From Roseibacillus sp. (GTDB taxonomy: Bacteria > Verrucomicrobiota > Verrucomicrobiia > Verrucomicrobiales > Akkermansiaceae): 64,000 nt of DNA. The notes under the pieces were generated by a model. That model made no database searches and had not been told where the DNA came from. It saw nothing but the letters and a program-made list of their open reading frames with translations. Made by a program: the position numbers and the translations under genes. Positions 56,621 through 64,000 of the stretch are shown here, piece after piece; the first letter of the stretch is position 1, and each line of letters starts with the position of its first letter. The DNA lies in the NCBI GenBank assembly GCA_965242925.1, contig CBDEUM010000014.1:448001-512000 (forward strand). Reading direction: 5' to 3'.

Positions 56621-59079
56621 CTACCAGCCGCCACCGCCGCCGCCGCCACCGCCACCGCCGGAGCCCCCGCCACCACCACCGCCGGAGGAAGGGGCCGAGG
56701 AGGAGGAGGCCAGCGAGGAGCTCAGCGAGCTCCCGATTGAGGACGCGAACGAGGATCCCAGTCCCGAGACCGAGCCGGTGTAGTAACTGGGGGTCCAGCC
56801 TGAACTGCCCGGGGACTGCCCTGCGGCGCGCAGGACGGCATCGAACTTTTGCGACCACTGCTGCTCACACCCGAGGGCCAGGGCGTAGGGCAGGAACTGC
56901 TCGAAGAGCTCCGGGGTCTTCTCCGGCGGGTTCTCCAGGTTGAGTCGTTCCTCTTCCGCCACGCTCAGGTAGTGCCGGAACCCTTCCACATGATCCAGGA
57001 CCTTGCGCCCGAGGGGGGTTGGCGCCTTGATCAGGTGATAGAAAATCAGGTTCAGCACCGCTGGGTAGAGGAGCGCCGTTCCCGCCCAAGGCCCGGAACC
57101 GAATACGACAAACACCGCCATACCAGCCCAGAGGAGGAACAGAGGAAGGCTCACTACTCCGTGAAGGATCGCAGACAACGTCCTGCCGTCCCGCCAGCGA
57201 GTCACCAGCTTCGAAAAGGAGAAGGAGCCCCACCAGGTTGATGCAACAGGAAAACAGGACCCAGTACCAGCCCCGTCTCCCAGGCTCCTACGGCGAGGCA
57301 GAGGACAAGGAATCCGACTGCCGTGATCAACACGCCCGGAAACCACCACCCCATGTTTCGTAGGAAGTGCGTCTTCCTAAGCTTGCGCGAGATCCTGAAC
57401 TCATGGGCCTTGCGAGCCCCCCTGATTTTCTTCCAGTTCTCATCCTCCAGGACGATTTTGCCGCTGCCCACCAGTTTATCGCAGAGGGCCCGCTCCTCAG
57501 GGGTGAGCGTGGAAGGCAGCGGGGGAGGGCCCCCGGAGGGCAGCGGGGGAGGCTTGGATCTCTTGCGAACCGTGTAGGTGCCTCCGCTCTCCTTGATGGT
57601 GACCACCCCCTTCGCGGCCAGGCCGAGGAGCCCGGCCGCCATGCAGGTCTCGTCGTATTTCATGCGGTCGAGATACCGCACCGCCCCGGGGGAATACCCG
57701 GCGGGAGGAGCGAACTGTGGAATGATCACCCCCTCCTTGGGATCCCTGCCCACCGCCACCCACGCGAGGAGGTAATACACCAGGGCCCCGGCGAAGAGCG
57801 CGAGGCTGAACACCACCCAGGGGTGGGCCTCCAGGAAGGAGTCTTCCTCGTAAGCGACGGGAGCCAGCCGTCCCGGCGGCCACTGGAGCTCCAGGGTCAG
57901 CTTCCCCCGCGCCTTTGTCGCGAACTTTGCTCCCCTCGGCGTGACCTCCGCCTGCGTCCCCGCTGGGACCCGGCCCAACGTGCCCTGGATCCCCTCCGGC
58001 AGTTCCACCGTGGCGCTGACCTTGTCCACTGGAAAGGTCCCTCCCCAGTCGCGCCCCTGCCATTTCAGCAGGTGGTTCAGTTTCCAACGGAGGACTTCCC
58101 GGTCCTTGAGGAGCAGGAGCTGCCGTCCCGTCCGGTAGGTGATCTCAACGGTGTGGACCCCCCACTCCACGAACTGCCCGGTATTCACTACCCCATCCCA
58201 GGAGGTATCTGAGTTGGCCTCCTTTCCGTTCAGCTTCACCTCCAGCACCTCCAGGGGCCTTTTCCTCTTCAAGCCCCACCGGACGTCTTTCTGGCGGGAA
58301 AACGGACGGAGGAACTGCCCCTCAAAGCGGGCCTCAATGCGTTCGGTGACCAGCAGGTCACCGCTTTTCTCGACCTTGATCAAACTGTCGAAGGACAGGA
58401 CCCGTTCGTGCTCGTAGGCCCGACGGTCCAGCAGCCCCGGCGGCCACTCCAGCATCACCGTCAGGTTCTCCTTCTCCCGGAACGGGCGGGTGGCCTCGAT
58501 GCTGGCCCCGGTCCCGGTCACCTCGGCGCTGTAGTCCTCGCCCTGTGCGCCGCGCCTCCCGGTGTAACCCCAGATCTTGGTCCCCTTGATGCCCTCCGGC
58601 AATTGCACCGTGGCGCTCACCTCGTCAATGGGGAATGGCCACTCCGTGCCATTGACGTTCCAGTAAAGGGCCTCCCGGCCCTCCTCGAGGTAGAGCTGCC
58701 GCCCGGTCCGGTAGGTGATCTCGTAGCTGTAGGTCCCGGGATCGAGGAACACCTTGGCGCGCCCGATGCGGATGCGGAGCCCATTCTTAATCCGTTCCCT
58801 CACGTAGTTTTCCTTCTTCCCGTCCCGCTTCACGGAGAGCACCGTAAAACGCTTCGTGGACCGCAGGCCCCCTTTGCCTTCCCGCTGGACAGGCAGGTCA
58901 CGGAAGATCCCCCGCTTGATCTCCTTCCCCTCGGCCCGGACCGTGATGGTCTCGGTCACCAGCAGGTCCCCGCTCTTCTCCACCACGATCTCGCTGTGCC
59001 AGGACAGGAAGCGCTCGTCCGCCAAGGCAACCGACGTGGCCAGGACCACGGAAACCAGGACAGCAGGAAGGCGGATCAT
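56621..59079 (-). pseudogene. DUF2207 family membrane protein (copy E), duplicated N-terminal domain; frameshift near 57210-57265
   Basis: ORF 57202-59079 holds the N-terminal domains up to the second TM; ORF 56621-57349 holds IKAPT...LPYALALG...Gly tail in another frame. Confidence 0.8.
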
Positions 59080-59144
59080 CCTTTCACCCTACGCAACCTC
59101 GCTCGCAAAACATCAATCTTTTCCCAGCCGCCGCGATTGGACCG

Positions 59145-60443
59145 TCAACACGACGCATTCAAGGCCTCATGGAAGCGTCCATTCACCTGCAGGGTGGATC
59201 CGGTTCCCGGCCCCGCAAGATCTCCCCCGAACCCGGGGGAAGGCGTTCCCGATTCCCGCCGGTTCGCCAGCACGGACTCGAATCGCTGGGACCAGTTCCC
59301 GGCGCACCCGAGGGCGACCGCATAGGGAAGAAGCTGGTCGTGATGCTCCGCGCTCATCTCCGGGGCGTAGACTTGAAACTTAGAATCCGACTTCCGTTCC
59401 CCACCCGTATACATCTGGAGACCTTCGATGTAGTCCTGCGCCATGCGCCCCTTCCGCGAGTAGCGCTTCAGGAGGTTTGCCCCACGAGCATTCAGCACGT
59501 AGCCGAACAGCATCCACCCGGCGACCCGCAAGAATCCTGCACCGGTATACAGATCGAGCGTCACTTTCACGAGCATGACCCCGAAGGCCACCCCGAGAAA
59601 ACCAAGGCCAAGACCGGGTTCCATGTCCCGTCGTCGCAGCATGATGACACTCCCGTGGAGAAAGAAGATCACCAGGGCCCAGAATAAAGCAACCATCCCC
59701 CCAAATACTGCCCTTACCAGCAACACCATCTCCGCCACGTTGCTGGCGATTCTACTTTCGAGCACCACAGGGTCCATGTTGAGAAGCCCCGCTCCGAAAA
59801 GGGAAATCAACACCCCGATCCAAACCCACCACCGGTTATGCGTCCGGTAGCCCTCGCCTCGTTTCAGTTGCTCGTCCAGCTGCCTCCGCAAGCCCGCTTC
59901 AGCCGCCCTTAAAAAGGTCATATGTTCGCTATGCCCCAGGGTGAGCCTCCCACGCGGCGCATCATTGAGACCCAGGCTGGGGACGTGAAACAGGGCGTTG
60001 TAGACGATCTCTTCATCCGGCAGGAGCTCTACGGTTCCCACTCCCCGGTCGTGAAGCAGAAAGGTGCTTCCATTCTGCTCGATGGTCACGACCCCCTTTC
60101 CCGCCAACCCCACCACCACCGTGGTAAAACACCCATCGTCATACCCGATCGGGCAATCCTCGATACTCCAGAGATAGCGCAGGGCGGCGGGGGAATATCC
60201 CGCCGGGGGTTCATGTTTCGGCCCCCCGGCCGCCTTGTGGCGATCCCAGCCCACCAGCAGCCAGGCCACAAGGTAGAACCCCATCGCGCCGAGGAGGATG
60301 ACCTCGCCCATGACGAAGGGGGAGTGTTCTCCCCAGAGGGACTCGAGTCCCCCGGGAAGAGCAGAAGCAGTTGTCCCCATGAGGCTCTCCGCCGGGTGAG
60401 CGGACGAAGCGGAAAGAACAGGGACAAACGGTAAACAGGACAT
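59145..60443 (-). CDS. Divergent DUF2207 protein, membrane/C-terminal half only (copy F)
   Basis: FYLVAWLLVGWD, PPAGYSPAALRYL, GLAGKGVVTIE, LLPYAVALG; no periplasmic N-terminal domain and no Gly-W tail. Confidence 0.75.
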   Translation of the reverse strand: MSCLPFVPVLSASSAHPAESLMGTTASALPGGLESLWGEHSPFVMGEVILLGAMGFYLVAWLLVGWDRHKAAGGPKHEPPAGYSPAALRYLWSIEDCPIGYDDGCFTTVVVGLAGKGVVTIEQNGSTFLLHDRGVGTVELLPDEEIVYNALFHVPSLGLNDAPRGRLTLGHSEHMTFLRAAEAGLRRQLDEQLKRGEGYRTHNRWWVWIGVLISLFGAGLLNMDPVVLESRIASNVAEMVLLVRAVFGGMVALFWALVIFFLHGSVIMLRRRDMEPGLGLGFLGVAFGVMLVKVTLDLYTGAGFLRVAGWMLFGYVLNARGANLLKRYSRKGRMAQDYIEGLQMYTGGERKSDSKFQVYAPEMSAEHHDQLLPYAVALGCAGNWSQRFESVLANRRESGTPSPGFGGDLAGPGTGSTLQVNGRFHEALNASC

Positions 60444-60463
60444 CGCTTCTCACTAATACGGTC

Positions 60464-61036
60464 TCATCCACCCTTCAGGGCCGTGGCAAGATCGGGGGGC
60501 AGGCGCTCACTGGCGGTTTCCACCTCGAAAAAATCCCCGACCTCAAAGCCAAACCGGCCTGCCACCAGGTTGGAGGGAAAGGACTCGATCGCGTTATTGA
60601 GATCGCGCACCGAGCCGTTGTAGTAGCGCCGGGCATACTGGATCTGATCCTCGATTTCGACCAGGTCCCCCATCAATCCGCGAAACGACTTGTCAGCCTT
60701 CAAGTCCGGATACGCCTCCGCCAGCGCCACGATTTTGCCCAGGTCCCGGCCCAGGACCTTCTCCGCTCCCCCCACTTCGCCTGCTCCCCTCGCAGCCTGG
60801 GCCTCCGTTCTCTCCCGCACCACCGCCTCCAGGAGCCCCCCCTCGTGACTCTGGTAGCCCTTGACGCATTCCACCAGGGCGGGGACGAGCTCGTGCCTCC
60901 GCTTGAGCTGCACCTCGATTCCGCTCCAGCCTTCCCGCATCTGGTTCCGGGCCTTCACCAGCTTGTTGTAAATCAGGATGACGGCGGCCACGAAGATGAC
61001 CACCGCCATGCCGAGGGAGATTAGAACGGTTTCCAT
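60464..61036 (-). CDS. lemA: LemA family protein
   Basis: YNKLV..RN, WSGIEVQLKRRHELVP, EAYPDLKA, ARRYYNGSVRDLN, FPSNLVA. Confidence 0.95.
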   Translation of the reverse strand: METVLISLGMAVVIFVAAVILIYNKLVKARNQMREGWSGIEVQLKRRHELVPALVECVKGYQSHEGGLLEAVVRERTEAQAARGAGEVGGAEKVLGRDLGKIVALAEAYPDLKADKSFRGLMGDLVEIEDQIQYARRYYNGSVRDLNNAIESFPSNLVAGRFGFEVGDFFEVETASERLPPDLATALKGG

Positions 61037-61066
61037 CCAAGCAGGAGGCCCAGTCTGCACCGCAAC

Positions 61067-61088
61067 TTTGGCATTTCGAAATGCCAAA
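61067..61088. promoter_or_regulatory. Perfect 22-bp palindrome in the divergent lemA/mlaE intergenic region
   Basis: TTTGGCATTTC-GAAATGCCAAA. Confidence 0.7.
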
Positions 61089-61107
61089 ATAGGATTTAAA
61101 CCTAGTC

Positions 61108-61905
61108 GTGGTCTATTTCCGCCTTCTCGGCCGACTCGCCCTGAGGTTCTTCCTCTACCTCGGCGAGCTGGCTGGCCTTATCGGGCAGGTCTGCGAATCG
61201 CTCCTGCGCGGTCGGAAGCGGTGGCGCCAGTTCTTTGAACAGATCGTGGAGATCGGTTACCGGTCCCAGATCGTGGTGGTCATCACCGGCGGGTTCACCG
61301 GCGCGGTCCTGGCCGTGCAGGCTCTTTTCCAGTTCGCCCTGGTCGACATGGAAACGATGGGGGGAGTGATCGTCAGCGTCGGGATGATGCGGGAGCTGGG
61401 ACCAACCATCACGGGACTGATGCTGGCCGGCCGGGTGGGTTCCTCCATGGCGGCTGAGATCGGCACCATGAAAGTGACCGAGCAGATCGACTCCCTCCGC
61501 TCCATGGGCGTGCATCCCATCGACTACCTCGTCACCCCCCGCCTGCTTGCCATGTCTGTCTCCATCCCGCTCCTGATCGCCCAGTCGATCGCCTTCGGGA
61601 TCATCGCCTCCTACATGGTCGGAGTCCACCTCTTCAAGGTCCCGGGATCCTACTGGAACTTCAACGTGGAACGCTTCACCGACGGGACCGACATCGCCAT
61701 CGCCATGATAAAGGGCCTCGTCTTCGGCCTGCTCATCGTGATCATCTCCTGCCACCAGGGGTTGCGAGCCCGAAACGGGGCGGTGGGAGTGGGCCGGGGC
61801 ACCACTGACGCGATGGTCTTCTCCTCGCTCGCCATCCTGATCTTTAACCTGTTGCTCACCATGCTCATGCAGCTCATCTTCCCGGTCGGCATGACCATGA
61901 CCTAG
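61108..61905 (+). CDS. mlaE: MlaE family ABC transporter permease
   Basis: RELGPTITGLMLAGRVGSSMAAEIGTMKVTEQIDSL, GAVGVGRGTT. Confidence 0.93.
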   Translation: MVYFRLLGRLALRFFLYLGELAGLIGQVCESLLRGRKRWRQFFEQIVEIGYRSQIVVVITGGFTGAVLAVQALFQFALVDMETMGGVIVSVGMMRELGPTITGLMLAGRVGSSMAAEIGTMKVTEQIDSLRSMGVHPIDYLVTPRLLAMSVSIPLLIAQSIAFGIIASYMVGVHLFKVPGSYWNFNVERFTDGTDIAIAMIKGLVFGLLIVIISCHQGLRARNGAVGVGRGTTDAMVFSSLAILIFNLLLTMLMQLIFPVGMTMT

Positions 61906-61996
61906 AATTTCCCCGCGAACTGCTCCGGAAACGGGAAATCCGGCCCGGTCCGCCGAATGGGGCGATCGGAATAATGGGCCGAATCCAAGCCGTGTT

Positions 61997-62025
61997 TTGA
62001 CAGGTTCTCCCTGCCGGGATACCTT
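61997..62025 (+). promoter_or_regulatory. Sigma70 promoter upstream of the msrB fusion
   Basis: TTGACA-N17-TACCTT, 10 nt before the ATG. Confidence 0.65.
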
Positions 62026-62035
62026 ATTCCACGAG

Positions 62036-63181
62036 ATGAAGAGTGCTTCCAGAATTGCCGCCGTGGCCCTCACCGCGAGCATGGCCGTCCTCCAGCTTTC
62101 CTGCGGCGATGCCAGTAGCGACGGCAAGGAGGGGGGCTCAACCAAGGAGAACCCTGCCCCCAAGGTCGAGAAGAAGGCCCCCGCCCAACCCCCCAAGCTC
62201 GGGAGCAAGTCCGAAGAAGAGAGGACGAAGATCCTCACCCCCGCAGAGGAGGCCGCGCCACCCGGGGACCTGGAAAGCCATGTCGTCGGTTACTGGGCTC
62301 CCGATGCCGAGGCCATAATGAAGGAAATGGAGGAGAAGTTTAAGGATTCCCCCGATGAACTGGCTGCCTCCAAGGCCATGAAGGCGCCCATGATTAACGC
62401 ATTGGCGTTCGAGATTCCTGAGAAGGGAACGATGGTCATGCACATGATGGGGGATTCCCGGAGCATGTCCTACACCGTCAAAACCGTCGATGAGGCAACG
62501 AAGACGCTCACCGTGGAAATCACCGGCCCCGATGGGGAAACCGAATCGGGGTCTATCATCATCGGGGAAGACAAGCTCAGGCTCTCGAGTGGGGATGAGG
62601 AGGAGGATGGTCTCTCCCTGGTTCGCATCGACGAGGTAGCCTTCAAGAAGCGCCAGGTGGTCCTGCCCAACATCCTCGACCTGCCCGAGGGGCCCGTCAA
62701 AAAACCAGCCACCGAAAAACCAGCCACCCCCAAACCCCCCAAGCTCGTGAGCAAGTCCGAAGAAGAATGGAAGAAGATCCTCACCCCCGAACAATTCGCA
62801 ATCCTGCGCAAGCACGGAACCGAGCGCCCCTGGGGCAGGGCCTACGATGAGTTCAAGAAGCAGGGCGAGGGCGCTTATCACTGTGCCGGGTGCAATGCGG
62901 AACTCTTCTCCTCCAAGGAGAAATTCGACGCCCGCTGCGGGTGGCCCTCCTTCTTCGACACTTCCAAGCACGAGAACATCAAGACCGTGCGTGACGCCTC
63001 CTTCGGAACCGTCCGGGTGGAGGTGAGATGCAATGTCTGCGATGGGCACCTCGGACACATTTTCACCGGAGAGGGCTACGACACGCCCACCGACCAGCGC
63101 TACTGCATCAACGGCGAGGTGCTGAAGTTCGTCCCCAAGGCTGCGGCCGGGAACGGTGCTTCCAAGGGGAAGGACAAGTAA
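62036..63181 (+). CDS. msrB: Lipoprotein: unknown domain fused to peptide-methionine (R)-S-oxide reductase MsrB
   Basis: Lipobox LQLSC; C-terminal GTERP, CAGC, GWPSF, CNVC.GHLGHIF, RYCING. Confidence 0.9.
   Translation: MKSASRIAAVALTASMAVLQLSCGDASSDGKEGGSTKENPAPKVEKKAPAQPPKLGSKSEEERTKILTPAEEAAPPGDLESHVVGYWAPDAEAIMKEMEEKFKDSPDELAASKAMKAPMINALAFEIPEKGTMVMHMMGDSRSMSYTVKTVDEATKTLTVEITGPDGETESGSIIIGEDKLRLSSGDEEEDGLSLVRIDEVAFKKRQVVLPNILDLPEGPVKKPATEKPATPKPPKLVSKSEEEWKKILTPEQFAILRKHGTERPWGRAYDEFKKQGEGAYHCAGCNAELFSSKEKFDARCGWPSFFDTSKHENIKTVRDASFGTVRVEVRCNVCDGHLGHIFTGEGYDTPTDQRYCINGEVLKFVPKAAAGNGASKGKDK
62187..62789 (+). repeat. 57-bp direct repeats at 62187-62243 and 62733-62789 (4 mismatches)
   Basis: Encode PPKLGSKSEEERTKILTP and PPKLVSKSEEEWKKILTP; offset 546 bp, in frame. 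Confidence 0.9.
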
Positions 63182-63199
63182 CCGTTTCCGGTCAACGGC

Positions 63200-63934
63200 A
63201 TGAGACCCGTGATGTGGAGAGTTCCCCTGCTGCTGTTCCTTGCTCTGACGACGCTGGCCTGTTCAGACCAGGCTGACGAGCGCATCCTGTCCTGGCACAG
63301 CAAGATCGTGGTGGAGAAGAGCGGGGACCTGGTGGTGACCGAGACCATCACGGTCCGGGCCGAGGGGAACCGGATCAAGCGGGGGATTTTCCGTGACATC
63401 CCGCGCCTGCGAGAGGGTCGGAAAGAAAAGAATCCCTTTGAAGTGCTCTCCGTTAAGCGGGACGGAAAGAAGGAGAACTACCGGACGGAGAAAATCGGCC
63501 AAGGCGGAATCCGCATCCGCATCGGACACGCCAAGGTGTTCCTCGACCCCGGGTCCTACACCTACGAGATCACCTATCGGACCGGGCGGCAGCTCTACTT
63601 TGAGGAGAAGCGGGATGCCCTCTACTGGAACGTCAATGGCACGGAGTGGGAATTCCCCGCTGACAAGGTGAGCGCCACGGTGGTGTTGCCGGAGGGCATC
63701 AAGGGGACCAAGGCCTGGAGCTATACCGGGACGCGCGGCGCACAGGGTGAGGACTACAGGGCCGAGGTGACGGAGACCGGGGCCACCATCGAGGCCACCC
63801 GGCCGTTCCGGGCCAGGGAGAATCTGACGGTGGTGCTGGAATGGCCCCCGGGACTGTTAGACGCCGCTGCCTACGAGAACCAGACGGGTCAGCGGGCCAA
63901 GGACGACCCCCCCTCCAAGGGACAGAAGCAGTAG
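63200..63934 (+). CDS. Stand-alone DUF2207 N-terminal domain, predicted lipoprotein (copy G)
   Basis: LTTLAC lipobox; ERILSWHS...LEWPPGLLD then a short polar tail; no TM or Gly tail. Confidence 0.85.
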   Translation: MRPVMWRVPLLLFLALTTLACSDQADERILSWHSKIVVEKSGDLVVTETITVRAEGNRIKRGIFRDIPRLREGRKEKNPFEVLSVKRDGKKENYRTEKIGQGGIRIRIGHAKVFLDPGSYTYEITYRTGRQLYFEEKRDALYWNVNGTEWEFPADKVSATVVLPEGIKGTKAWSYTGTRGAQGEDYRAEVTETGATIEATRPFRARENLTVVLEWPPGLLDAAAYENQTGQRAKDDPPSKGQKQ

Positions 63935-64000
63935 TCTTGGGGCCCCTTGCTGAGCTTGCTTGACGAGGCAATGGCCGCGCTACGGTTCCGCCCGGATACC

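Noticed and set aside
54483..56858. 791-aa ORF as a genuine N-terminally extended DUF2207
   Set aside because: The extension is an out-of-frame reading of the upstream Gly tail and spacer. The true start is 56577, followed by a frameshift.
47820..60443. Diversity-generating retroelement
   Set aside because: No reverse transcriptase in the window, and the differences include indels and all base types rather than adenine-specific changes.
61067..61088. Sigma54 promoter within the palindrome
   Set aside because: GG-to-GC spacing is 11 nt rather than the required 10.
63094..63115. Selenocysteine form of MsrB
   Set aside because: The catalytic codon is TGC (RYCING).

Overview
GC-rich bacterial chromosomal window, most likely from a Verrucomicrobiota genome of the Roseibacillus/Akkermansiaceae type. 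This is an inference from the double-length UvrA, the short ATP synthase delta subunit, the prepilin-type protein and the receptor Ser/Thr kinases. The first ~47 kb is mostly housekeeping: a LolC/E-like permease, recG, recJ, lpxK, rph, hflX, leuCD, thiL, uvrA, carB, the atpBEFHAGDC operon and HU, plus two tandem receptor kinases with C-type lectin domains. The most unusual region is 47.8-63.9 kb. There, lemA heads a tandem array of six DUF2207-family membrane-protein genes. Five of them are joined by a near-identical 43-bp spacer and are mosaics of near-identical blocks with hypervariable transmembrane segments. One carries a helix-hairpin-helix insertion and two are frameshifted. A C-terminal-only member and an inverted N-terminal-only lipoprotein member flank lemA-mlaE-msrB. 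Other notable signals are a candidate small selenoprotein (in-frame UGA plus a SECIS-like hairpin) upstream of an NRDE gene, a perfect Rex operator upstream of the atp operon, a domain bracketed by 57-bp direct repeats inside msrB, and several single-base lesions that could be real decay or sequencing error. No rRNA, tRNA, CRISPR array, transposase or integrase was recognised.
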